From Vicugna vicugna (taxonomy: Eukaryota), in the NCBI GenBank assembly GCA_013265495.1, contig MU058584.1:3352508-3416507 (forward strand): a stretch of DNA of 64,000 nt, given 5' to 3'. Below the pieces are notes generated by a model. The model was not told where the DNA came from, made no database searches, and was given only the letters and a program-made list of their open reading frames with translations. This document shows, one piece after another, positions 38,178-49,880 of the stretch. A program made the position numbers and the translations under genes. The stretch's first letter is position 1. Each line of letters starts with the position of its first letter.

Positions 38178-41100
38178 GACTGGGCTTGGAATACTCAATG
38201 CTCTCTGCACCCCTACCCCAGCATATGTGGCTCCTGACCTGTTCCCTCCCCAAGTCGAGGGCAAAGCAACATCTCATTTGTCTGTTTCTGGAGGTTCCTA
38301 GTCTTGCCAAAGGCTGTCCCTGTCACCACTCATGCCCACCAGCCCTGACCTCCTTGGCCTACCTGCCCCCTCAGGATGCTGCAGAGCTTGCTGACTGAGG
38401 ATGCCGATTTATTGCTTCCCATTAGCCAGACCTCTGACAGCCTCTGAGCACCCGAGCCTGACGCAGACCACATGCCAGCTTGAAAAGGTCAGGTCCCAAG
38501 AGAGGGGGCCAGCCAGAGGCTTTCTGAGACAGGCCTGTCACAGTAACCCAGAGAGGTGCCAGCAGGTGGCACACGGCCTTACTTATTTTGTCTTAATCTG
38601 ACAGCCTGCACACTTCTCTTTGCTTGTGTTGAACACACTTAGATGTCCCTATCTACCCGCTCATCTTCAGAGGCTGTAAGTGATGCCCATGTGCCAAGAG
38701 ACCCTGAGGTGCTCAGTGTACACGGCTCTGAGGGTGGCCTCTCTTACCCCCACCTCCTGTCCTGGGTCGGCTGACCATGCACTTGGCACAGGAAGGCACC
38801 AGGGCAGAAGTAGGGAGCCCTGATTTTACCAGTGCCTGCCAGGGTGACCCCAAGCACATTATTTACTTAACCAAATTGCTTATCTAAAGTGTGAAAAAAT
38901 GGCTGCCTTAAATAGATTTCGTAATTATTTGGGGGTGAACTATATGAGGTTCTCTTATGAAGAGCCAAAATTGTGAAATATATATGCTAAAATATATCAA
39001 AAACACATTGGAAAGACTATATTAAAAATAATTTCAGGCACAGACTATTTCAGGTGTGGGTCTCATCATCCACCCAGGCTGGAAAGTCAGACCTTCCTGA
39101 GCATGGACAGCATGGCTTACATGCTCCAGCATCGCCCTAGCCCCGAGTCCTTGGCTTTTCATGTGGGCCTGATACTGACACCTTGGGAGGGCCAGGGGGC
39201 AGGGCGAGCAGTCCCCACCAGGACATGGCTGAGTTGCAGGCACTGCACCCAAGGACTGGGACTGGCCAGGGTCTTGGATGCTGCCCAGAGTTACAGCTTG
39301 GAGGGCGACTTCTGGGTAGGACAAGGGGTAGAAGCTACCACCTTCCTCTGGGCATGAATGGAAGACAGCCGTGGTTCCGGGTGTACAAAGCGAGACTCTC
39401 CTCCCCCCTGGCCCTGAGTGGGCCTGTTCGGGAGCGGCGACTGATGGGTAAGGGACCCTCTTCGGAATGTGAATGCTTCTCTCTGCCTGGGGAAGCCGCG
39501 GGGCCACCGCTCCCTGTTCCTTGAGGCTGATCCAGAGTCACTCTCTAGTAATAATAACAGCCACACTCTAAAATAATAATAAAAAAAAAACGTGCACAGT
39601 GTGCTACCATTTGGAGAGCCCTTTCACAGCTTCCATCTCACTTGACTTCTGACCCCCCATCAAGGAGACAAGACAGATCTTTCTGTTGTCCATTTACATG
39701 CATGCAAATTAGACACTGGATTATTAAGGAGTCTGCCAAAGGTCACAAAGCTGGGAATGGAACCCAGGTCTTCTGACTCGATTCCCTGTGCTGGGGAGCC
39801 AGCAGCCATTTCTTCAACTTGTACAGTGAACAGTTCCAACTGGCTTGTATCAGGGCCACCGAGGGAGCAGGGCCCACACAGCTAACACAGTGGCCTGGGG
39901 GGGCCTTGGAAAAAGGACCAATAGTGCAAGAATTCCTGGGAGCCAGCAATATGTCTGATGGTAGAGCCAGGAGTCCAGCCCACCAGCAGAAGGGGGTCAT
40001 CTTTCTCCTAATCATCTGTCCAAACAGCAGTTGTCTGGAGAGTCTGAAGGATGAACAGACTCACAAGTCCAGAAAGGAGTGGTCTAGGTGATGGTCTGCT
40101 GGGGCCTGGGGCTGCCCTTCTGGGCTGACATGTGGCCCGTAGGGAAGATCCTGGAGGGGGTGGCACGGGGCTAAAACCCGCAGTGAGACTAGCCAGCTTG
40201 GGGCGGGGAGGTCCCTGAGAACTGAGGAGGCACCCCTCTGCTCCCAGGGAATGAGCTTCTAAGCAATGGATGTACCCAGTCCCTTGCCCTCTTGGCCCCA
40301 CCGTCTCACAAAGATTCAGCTCAGCCACTTACTAGAAGCACGGTCTCAGGCAAGTCGCCGTCCCCACCCCCTCCCCCGACATCCACTCAGCCATAGGTTA
40401 TCAGGCATAACAGGGAAAGGGGGCGTTTGGGATCTTGCATCCCACACCAGATTCTGCATTTCCTTACTCAACTGCCAGCCTTCTTTAACCTGGCCCCCCA
40501 AACATGTGCCTCTGCTGCCCTGTGGAAGGTAGCCGACATCCTGTAGTGCAACACCTCCCAGCTCATGTGTCCCTGCTTTCTCCATCCTGTGCAGCCGTGT
40601 TTTAGCATCCCAGGCTCTACAAGCCGCATCTTGTTTTTTCCCTCCCATGTACTTCTCCCCTTCTCTTTTCTGAATCATTTGTTTCCTCCTACCCTCTCCA
40701 ACTCCGGAGTTGTGCTTTATCTCCAGTGAGCTTAATGCTTCCTGATAAGACCAGCTAATCCTCTGCTGCTCCTCTTTTGCCGAGATGGAGAAGATTAGAG
40801 GCAAAGGGTTAGGCTGCCTCCCCTTCAAGGGCACTCAGGACTTTAATAAGGGAAGTGGATCCCGCTTTCCCATCTGACGCTCTGGAGACTGGAGCGGGGG
40901 GGTGCTCCCCATCGTTTCTGGTGAGGGCCAGCTCTTGCTACTTCCAGATAGTGAGGCCCCTTACTAGGGGTATAATGGGAATGGGGGATGGGTGTTGACG
41001 CAAGTCTCCACTGGGAGACAGAGGAAGTGACAGGCATGAGCTCTGTGTTAAGAGGCATTGGACCTCGTGGCACAATGAACCTAGAGATTCATCAGGCTCC

Positions 41101-41699
41101 CTGGACAGATGAGCCAAGCTGGCCCTCAAGAGCAAGATGCCAGAAGGAGGCATCTCGATCAGTGAGGGCCATGCTCAAAGCCATGCTGCACACACAGCCG
41201 TGAACAAGTCATGTTTGTTCTGGGGGCAATGCCCTGTTGGGCAAAGTGTTTAAGCAGTGGCTCGGGCATCCACCTCCAGAAGTCCTGGGGCTCAGGCCAC
41301 GGTTAAGGATGTAGGTGGAAATGTGCTATGACAAGGTTCCTGTCTCTTTGGGCAGACACTGAATGCCACTTTGTAGCAGGTGGCTTGCAAGCAAGGCTTC
41401 ACTGTTTGCCGAACCCCACACCCAGTGCACAGAACACCGCAGGGAGACAGAAGAAGTGACGGGCATGAGTCCTGGGCTGAGGAGCAGCGGACTTGGTGGG
41501 ACAATGCAGAACAAAATGACAGCAAAGCACAGCGGAGTTTAACTGCTTATGTGCTGAGTGACCGCTGGCATGCCTATAGAGTTCTAGACCTTTGTGGGGT
41601 CAGCCCTAGGTTTAATCTGAAAAGCTAATTTCTAAGGGAAACGTAATTTGTTGAAAAAGACACAGATTATGATAACAGAAAAATGGCTCTTTTATTTTT

Positions 41700-42970
41700 A
41701 TACAATGTTTATTGAACATCTGCTATGGGTCAAGCACTGTTCACAGTGAGTAAAATGGATATATTATCTGCTTTCATGGAGCTTATATGCTAGTAGATGA
41801 AGGGATGTTAAATAAACATACAATTGTATGCTTACTAACAGTAACAAGTACAAGAATAATGTGTTATTCAAGGCAACAGGAGAGCCCTAATTTAAACTGT
41901 GAACTCAGAGCTCCCTCTCTGAGGAGGTAACAGTTGAGACGTTGAGACATGAATGAGGATTAGGAATTTGCTAGAAAAGTGTGGGCAAGAAGAGCGTTTC
42001 AGACAGAGAGCAGCCTGTGGAGAAGTTCTGAATTGCGGTGAAGTTGGTTCCTTTGAAGAAACGGAAAAAGGCTGAAGAACACAAATTCAAAGAGTGGGAA
42101 GAGATTTTTCAAATTTTACCTCAAGTGCAATGGAAAGTCATTAAAGGGTTTAATTAAGCAGGAAAGCAGCAGCGTTTATGTTGTTAACATGTCACTCTGG
42201 CTGTTGTATAGGGGACAGACTGGAGGGGGGTGAAGAATGGAGGCGGCAAGTTGGGGGGTGAAATCCTCTTCCGGAGCAAGTGACAGTTGATGGTGGCATG
42301 TGCTAAGATGGAAGGGGTGGACGCAGAAAGCAGTGGCTGGATTAGGGCTATCTGGGACAGGGGATCAGGAGGGTTTGATGGCGGATTGGATGTGTGGGTA
42401 AGTATCTAGAGTGACACGAAGATTTTCAGCTGACGCAACCCAGGAAGTGGAGGTATTTTATTTACTGAGATGGGGAAGATGGCGGAGGGGCAGCTTTTGG
42501 GTGGGAGCAATAGCAGAGATCAAGAGTTCAGGTTTGGATACATAGAGCTCAAGATGTCTTTCAAGACAGCCAAGTGGAAACCATGCGAAGACACACACAC
42601 CGATACTGCAGGTGACTGTGTATCACAGAGACCAGCTGCTGCCATTGGGATGGAGGAAACTACCATCCAGCCAGCATAGACTGAGAAATGTCTCGATGAA
42701 CCGTATTTTGAAATCAGATAGAGGAACAGCCAGGAAAATAGCACGAAGGCTAAAGGATGGAAGTGATTCAAAACCCAGGAAGCTGTCAACTATGTGGCAT
42801 ACTGCTGGAAAGGTGAGTGTGTCTCAAAAGTGGCTATTGGATCTGGCAACATGGAAACCACAGATGAATGGAGCAAGAACAAGTATGGAATGGACAGAAA
42901 CCAGCTTGGATTGAACCGAACAGACAACAGAGGTGGGAGGGTATAGTCCAATCCTGAACAACGTTGGCTC
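41700..42970 (-). mobile_element. L2 LINE fragment
   Basis: Begins with an inverted L2 3' end (atgtttattgaacatctgctatg...caagcactgtt), followed by a purine-rich L2 body (gatcaagagttcaggtttggatacat). Confidence 0.75.
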
Positions 42971-45900
42971 TGAAGGAGGAGTAGAGACAGTCAGGAGCTG
43001 TCTCCTGAAGGAGAGGTGTGAGCTCTCATCTCCCCAGATTTCATCCAAGCCTAGGTTTTCCAAATTCTAGACCATCAACCCTGAGCTGATCAGAGAGTCC
43101 CCTGACAGCTCTGGGAGACAACACACATAGGTTCAAAGGGAGTGGGAAGGGCCTTTAGCCATTGCTGGATCTCCCCCTTGACCTCAGCTTCACCTTTGAC
43201 CTTGGCACATGAACCCTGTTCTTTGTTCCAACCTCACTCAGGAAATCTTGGGTACTGGACTCTAGCATTCAAGACTGTTCCATCATAAGGGTCTTATGCC
43301 TCTACTGCAAAGCTCCTGTATGCCCAAGAGGTATGGAGAAGGTATGCAGAGCCTCCTTAAAATGTCTGGTTATGAAAACCTCACCTTAGCCTCCTCTTTT
43401 CCAGATCATATTGTCCTGGGCTTTCCCTAACAGACCCTTTCAGACCTCATCTCCCACTGTTCTCCTTAAACGTTCTACCACCTACAAATGCCCCCTTAAA
43501 ACATCTTACATTTTCCCACTTCCATACATTTGCTGCTTTTCCCCTCTAGCGCTAGCCCCACTTCCTTGCCCGGCTGAATCTCATCCGTCCCTTGCATCCA
43601 GCTTGAGTCCTTACACATGTGGAAAACCTTACTTGGACCCCTGCCCCTCTCTCTCTGGCACTGCTGCATTGCTTGGGAGCACTGGCTTTTTCTGCACGTG
43701 CCCCTACCTCTTATATTGAAAAGAAGTGAAGCTGCATGCTTATTCCTTTGTTTTCTTTGCTGGTGCCGGTATATTGGAGGCACTTGATAAATATTTGTTT
43801 ATTGATGGGTTGACTGAGAAAATCCTCCATCCTCCCTGAAGGATGAAGCCTTGCAGCAGTCTGAGAGGGACTGCATGAGCAGGGTTCACCAGGGCCAAAT
43901 GAGAAAGCAATCAGAGCCTGCTTCCTATAGAATCACCGGAGGAAGTTCCAAGTCATGTGAGTTCAAGTTCAAATTAAGCTCTGGCTGTCCTGATCATCAA
44001 CTATTTCATACGCTCCTTTAGAAGCCTACTCTTTCTCAGAAATGTTGAGAACTGAAACCACAAAAGCTCATGTTTTCTTTTAAACCTATAGATAGAGGTT
44101 CCTTGCTATTTTACGTTGCGTATTTCCTCTGGCACAGTCTCTCTTAAATGTTGAAAAGGCAGCTTTCTAACCTCCACCCTCTCATTATATCATGCTTCAT
44201 GTAACAAGAGCATTGCACCAGGGTGAAAATTCAGCCTGCAGTGTTTTTTCCACTCAAGGTACTGGCTAAAGTGGACATAATAACTAATAGACTGCTGTGA
44301 CTTTCATGCAATATGACTTTCCATTAAAAAGTTTACATTGGCAAAGTTTTCAGGGCAGAAACATTTTGTGGAACTTGGTTCAACCAACTCTGGGCTCCAA
44401 AGTGGCCTTAAACACATAGCGATCATCGCAGCCATGAAGAGACAGGTAGACTCTGGACATAGATCTGTAACAATATGCTTTATGGATTCTTGGAGACTAT
44501 TTTTGCTCCCCAGTATCAACACGAAAACCAAGAATCTCAAAATACTGCAAGTAGCAGTTTAAAGGCAAACCTTTGTTTCCAAATCCCAAAGGCAAGCATT
44601 CAGCAAGGAAGGGCCAGGGAACACGCGTCCCTCAGGGTGGGCACTGACTCATGCCAGCGAAAGCTGGTTCCCATTCTGACACATCCTCTCACAGAGTCCA
44701 GGAAGTTCAACTACCATGTCTGTGTATACCTCTCCTCAGCATCTCCTGAGGTAGGATATATTTTCTTTTATGGAATGGAAGATTTATTTGCTTTTGAGTT
44801 ACTAGTTTACAGGAGATGTGAGGCAACAGAGAGCCCTGGCTGTGCAGTCTTGGGCAAAGCGAGGCTGTTTCAGCTCAGTCCCTTCCAGCTTCCTCCAGAG
44901 GAGCCCCAGGCTGCAATTACTGACCCCCAGCAAAGTTGCACACTGCCATTAGGGCCAGGCCAGGAGGACAAAGGGGAGGGCACCCTTGCTCTGTCTGGGG
45001 CTTTCTCTGACTTGACTGGAAATAGGTTTCTTTAAAAAAAAATCTTTAAGAGACACGTATTCAGATATATAATCATTCTTTTGAGGATGTGTCTGTGTTT
45101 AAATGGCATCATTCACCCCCAAATAATATGTCCCCCATTTCTCACATTCAGCTGCCTTCCAGAAAGAGAAGAGCACTCTGTGCAGAGGCATAGAGGAAAC
45201 TGGTCTGTCACACATCCTCTCCAGGGAGGCGATTTCTCCAGCATTGATCTTTTATGCTTAAAAAGAAAAGTTCCAACTCTGAGGGGTGGGGGTGGTAGTG
45301 GGGGAAAACACAGCGATCTGTCAAAATTCCTTTTAGCACCTCTGACTAGTGCTAACTTAGATGCTCTCAGAGTGCAGTGAAAAGCCTGCAGACTGCTGTT
45401 AAAAAGATAGTTTGACCTTTTAAAATGGAAACTCCCCCACCCCATACCCGCATTCAATGGATGAACCTTGGGAACTCTAGAGTTGTACATCAATAAATGA
45501 AATGAGGCCGACTTTCCAGAAAAGGGTTTCCCTATAGGCTGTAAGCTAATTAGGGTGCTCTAGACCTGCATTGTAACAGCAGGTCGAATACATGCCCAAA
45601 CCTTTTAGCCATTGTTGTTAACTGCTCAGAGTCCACTTCGGAAAGGAGGCTGGCAGGAAGTTATGAAAATATAGTAAATAAAGTCTTGGACGCGACCGTC
45701 AGCAGCCTGCGGTTGCTGGGCAGGCTGTCGGCCCCTGGCGGCGAGGAGTCGCTGCGATCCCGGGTCTCCAGCGCAGCCGCCGAGCCCGGCGCGCACGGAG
45801 CGGCGCTGCTGAAAGAAGTTGGAGAGCTCCCAGCTCGCCGGCAGGATTCGGCGGTGGGCGCTGGGGAATCCCTTCCAGCGCCGCAATTAGTAAACTTTTG

Positions 45901-46677
45901 GAATAAGCAAAGACCCTGGACCGACAAAAGACCCACACTTTTCCTTAAGCAAAAGAAACACATCGCAGCGCGCCAGACAGAGGCTGCTCGCACAAGGCCA
46001 TCAGCCCTGCTTAGCCGGGACGCGACCGGTGCCTTCCCGCTCCCTCCACCCCAGAACTCGTCCAGAGGGCGCCGAGCCAGAGAGGCGGCTCTGCCGGATT
46101 TGCGGTTCCGGATACAAACGCCTCCAAGCTTCCCGGCCCGGGGGTCAAGGGCTGGAACTCAACAGTCGAGGGGAAAAGAGCAGAACCACCAAGTCCAGCT
46201 CGGACGCCCGGGACCTTCTCCTCCAAGCCCGCTCGGGTTTCTCCAAAGGACGCGCGGCACAGCCCATGCGCCCCCGGCACTCCACTCCACTCCTTTCTAC
46301 AGGTCTCCCCAAACTCTTCCTGGAAAGCCCCACAAAGCACAGGCGGCGTCCCCGAAACTCCCAGGGTACTCGCCAGCCACCCTCACCTCCGTCTCTCGGA
46401 CTCTCCTTATCGGGTTCTTCCTGCCCAGTACCGTTCTCGCGTTCCCGGGGAGTCAGAGACAAACCACGAGAAAATGCCTTCGCGAGGAGCCTCCCTACAC
46501 ACACCCGCCCTGTCATTGAAACAAAAGCGTAGGGAGGAGGGAGGTGGGAGAGGAGGCGGGAGGAAGGTTTAGAAAGAGGATGCGGAGAGCGGTAAGAAGG
46601 AGCTGGAGAGGAGGGTCGGGGTGAGAAGATACGAGGGCCAGGGACCCCGTTCCGGCTCCGCGCGGTCGGTCGCTTAC

Positions 46678-46940
46678 ATGCCCAGGTCGCTGTAGGTGTT
46701 GAAGAACTCCATCTGGTTGCACGCCTGGATCCAGCCCACCACCCAGGTCTCGTGGCGGGGGATGGGGGGCATGACCACACGGGCCGAAGCTTTGAAGTAG
46801 GGGGTCTTGTAGCGCAGGACGATGGGTGAGGTCTCCTCGATGCGCGTGGGGCACTGGTCGATGGTGGCGCACACATCGTACACCACGATGTTCTCGCGCC
46901 GGATCCGCGCCTTGCAGGTAATGCTTTGGATACAGCCCAT
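46678..46940 (-). CDS. FAM78B: FAM78B coding exon 1 (87 codons + 2 nt; gene continues beyond position 1 of the window)
   Basis: Translation MGCIQSITCKARIRRENIVVYDVCATIDQCPTRIEETSPIVLRYKTPYFKASARVVMPPIPRHETWVVGWIQACNQMEFFNTYSDLG(M) is recognised as the FAM78B N-terminus. Strong Kozak context (gcaggATGG). Exon ends at a phase-2 donor AT|GTAAGC (46678/46677). Confidence 0.95.
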
Positions 46941-47409
46941 CCTGCCGCCCGGCGCCGGCGCGGCGCGGCGTGGGGCAGCGCGGGGGACCGCGCGGGCAGC
47001 CGGGGGCGCCCGTCACACCGGCATGGCGAAGCGCCGCCCGCTCCGGGTCCAGCTCAGCCCGCGCCTAGGAGCGGGGAGCCGCCGCCGGGCATCCTCCGAG
47101 GCAGCCCCCACCTCTCGCAGCCGTGCGGGGTCCCGGCTGCCCCGACGCCCGCCTGCCCCCGCCCACGCCCGCCCCCTCTCTCCGGCAGGGCGCGCGGAGC
47201 GTGCGCTCCTAAGAGGCGGCGGGCGCCCCCGCCGGCTCCAGGGCCCGCGCGGAGGGCAGGGAGGGGAGCTGTGCTGCGAGGAGTGGTGCCCACCCCGGGC
47301 CGGAGCCCCCCGCCCCTCGCTGGAGAGGAGGAGGCGGTAGCGGCGGCGGCATGGAGCCGGGGGAGGGCGGCGGCGGCGGCAGCGCCCGGCCTGTCTGCCT
47401 CCGCGGCTG

Positions 47410-47460
47410 CAGCAGCAGCAGCAGCCGCCGCCGCCGCCGCCGTCGCCGCCGCTGCCGCTG
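47410..47460 (+). repeat. Compound trinucleotide repeat (CAG)5(CCG)6 TCG(CCG)2 CTG CCG CTG
   Basis: Read directly from the sequence. Confidence 0.95.
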
Positions 47461-47542
47461 CATGAACCTCTGCACCGCGGCTGCCCCCCGCGTGCAGCGC
47501 ACCCAGCGGCGGGCGAGCGGGCGGCCCGAACGGCAGGCGGAG

Positions 47543-47570
47543 GCAGCGGCGGCGGCGGCGGCGGCAGCGG
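47543..47570 (+). repeat. (GCG/CGG)n tract
   Basis: gcagcggcggcggcggcggcggcagcgg read directly. Confidence 0.9.
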
Positions 47571-49099
47571 GACTCGCACTCCCGCCGGCCCCGCCCAGCA
47601 GCTGGGCCGCGCCGACAATCCTCTGCCCGGCCGCGAGGGGCTGGGGGGCGCCAGGGGGCTGTGGCCCGGGGTGGAGGGTCCCATGGGCTGGGCCGCCGGG
47701 GACGAGATCCGCGGAGGAAACTGGCTGTACGCCATGAGTTTTGTCCCTCTTCGATGGGGCCCGACACGTGGGGCCCGGGGCGGGGCGGGGCTGCGGTGGG
47801 TGGCGGCCCGGGGGTGGGCGTGGGGGCTGTGGGGACCCGGCCTGGGTTGCGTGGTGGGGCGCGAAAGGGCGTGGCGCTGTCCAGAGTCTGGGTGGGAACC
47901 TGCGAGTGAATGTTCGGGGCAGCCTAAGGGTTAGGGGAGCAGCCCGTTATTTATAATGTAGTTTTGTTACGTTAGAGTTCGGCTTTAGCTCCCCCAGTAT
48001 TTTACCATGAAGAAGGCTGAAGTCTGGGCTCCAGTACGATGCTAAACGCAGTGGATTTACGTCTTTCCCTGGTTGGGTTTGGTCTGGAAGCTTTTCTTCA
48101 ACCGCTGTTGGTTGGGAGGGTACCCGAGGATCCTTCCGTGCCCTAACACCATTACCAAAACGCCGAGAGTTTCGATTGAAGCACGAGCTCAGCTTTTACT
48201 CATCTCCTGCCTTCATCCAAATCTTTTCCTTCTTAAAAAACACTCTTTCAACAAACCCCTACACACTGGGGAATTAAGAGCAGTAGTGGATTTACCCTAA
48301 ACACCGCATTTTTAGCGTAGCTGCATCCCGAGACAGGTTGTGCCTTGCACGACTGTCTAGCTGGTTTAGAATACTTAGCAGCCTTCTTGAGGTTACCCAA
48401 GGTAACCTGTAACCTGCTAAATAGGGGGGGACTTGACAACATTTTGGGAACCAGGCTGGATTTAAATAGTAACTGCTTAATGATACAAGTCCAGGATACC
48501 CATTTGTAGTAATCCATCTATCCTACAGAAAGCCCGGAATCTCAGGGACCTATTCATTTCTTTGCTTCTCCAGAGCACTGTCTGAGGACTGGCACGTAGT
48601 AGCTGCGCAACAGTCGTCTGTGAATGAATGAATGGGTAAATGTTACTGTCCTGTGGAAACTGCCACCGCAGATCCTGGACGCTGTGTACATTATGATGAC
48701 CTGTGTCTGATATTGTGGTCTCATATGCCAAGCAGAAAAAAAATAGCAAATGCGCTTACTGGACATTTTTTTACATGTATATTTCCAAAGCCAATAGCTT
48801 CTGTTTAAGTATTTCTTCCATCTTCGTCGAGCATTTGCTGGATCCGGTGTTTAAGTGTGAAACATTCTGACTAACAGGCTGCCCAGGAGGCTGGCTAGAG
48901 TTAGTCTTTAGCTAGGACAGATGTGATGAGTAATTTAAAAGTCAGTTGAGATCTAAAAGCACTCTTCATAAAGTTATTTTAACTTTCCTGGCACCTCAAT
49001 TCACTTTAGAGTTAAGAACAACAGCAAAAAAAGCAGTTTTTGCCCTTTGCTAACATGCTTCTCTCACTTTACCACGTAGCCCCATATCTCAATCACTGG

Positions 49100-49880
49100 T
49101 CGTTTCACTCAGCAAACACTGACTGCCTGGCAGGAGCCAAGCATTGTGCTAAGTACTCGGATTCAAAGACAAGAGCTCCTGGATCACTGGAGAAGATAAT
49201 CTTGTTAACAGGTGGTTGCTGTAAACTGTGACTCATGCTTTCATAGTGTATATTCAGGACCACTGAGAGATTTACATGAGGCTCTCTTGAAGTAGTGGCA
49301 TTTGAGTTGGATCTGGAAGATTTGATAGAGGAGAAGAGTGAAAGGGTGGTGTAGGATGAGAACTGGGCAAATGCAAAATGCATAGAGGTATGAAAGAACA
49401 CAGCATGTTTAGGGAGATAAACAGCTCACAGTCAGTGCAGCTCTCAAAATGTTCTATGTAGACCGTGAACATCAGAATCACTGGCCAGGAACCAGTTATT
49501 GATGGGACCATGTTTTGATCTTCAGATTCGAATTTTGAGAAAAATTACTCTCTATCAATTTGGAGGATGGAGGAAGGATAGGTTAGAGGCACTGTGTCAG
49601 GACATTGTGATGACAGATGATTTGGCCCTGAGCTAGGGCAGTGCCATGGGACTGGAGAGGCCTGACTGCATTTGAGAGTCATTCAGGATGTAAAATTGAT
49701 TTACTTGGTAACTGATTAGATGTTTGGGAAGAGTCTAGCCAACTCTGAGTTTTCCAGCTTCAACAGTTAAATAAATGTGATCCTACTAGCCAAAACAAGG
49801 AGACAGAGCAGAAGCAGATTGAGGATGTGTGTTGTCATGTTAAGTTTGAGGTACTTGGAGTATATTTTGGGGAAGGGGCC
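49100..49880 (-). mobile_element. L2 LINE fragment
   Basis: ttcactcagcaaacactgactgcc...gccaagcattgtgctaag start with an L2-like body. Confidence 0.65.

Larger units (their letters stand above)
1..46677 (-). other. FAM78B: FAM78B intron 1 (partial)
   Basis: Begins at the GTAAGC donor; no downstream FAM78-like coding exon recognised in the window; repeat-rich. FAM78B is known to have a very long first intron. Confidence 0.85.
45690..47930. promoter_or_regulatory. CpG island covering the FAM78B promoter, 5' UTR, exon 1 and start of intron 1
   Basis: Abrupt rise in GC and CpG density against CpG-depleted flanks; tandem GC boxes (ggggcggggcggggc, 47777-47791) and a CACGTG E-box (47765-47770). 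Confidence 0.9.

Noticed and set aside
7975..44999. Intronic ORFs of 130-190 aa (e.g. 7975-8535, 18101-18670, 24504-25052, 44475-45035)
   Set aside because: No recognisable domains or exon structure; lengths are compatible with chance when alternative starts are allowed.
46674..46940. Complete 88-aa single-exon protein as drawn by the ORF track
   Set aside because: The TAA belongs to the GTAAGC splice donor of a phase-2 intron; the real protein continues in a downstream exon.
45686..47934. Many long overlapping ORFs (up to 277 aa) on both strands
   Set aside because: Expected from stop-codon scarcity in a CpG island; low-complexity Arg/Pro/Ala/Gly translations, many with non-AUG starts.
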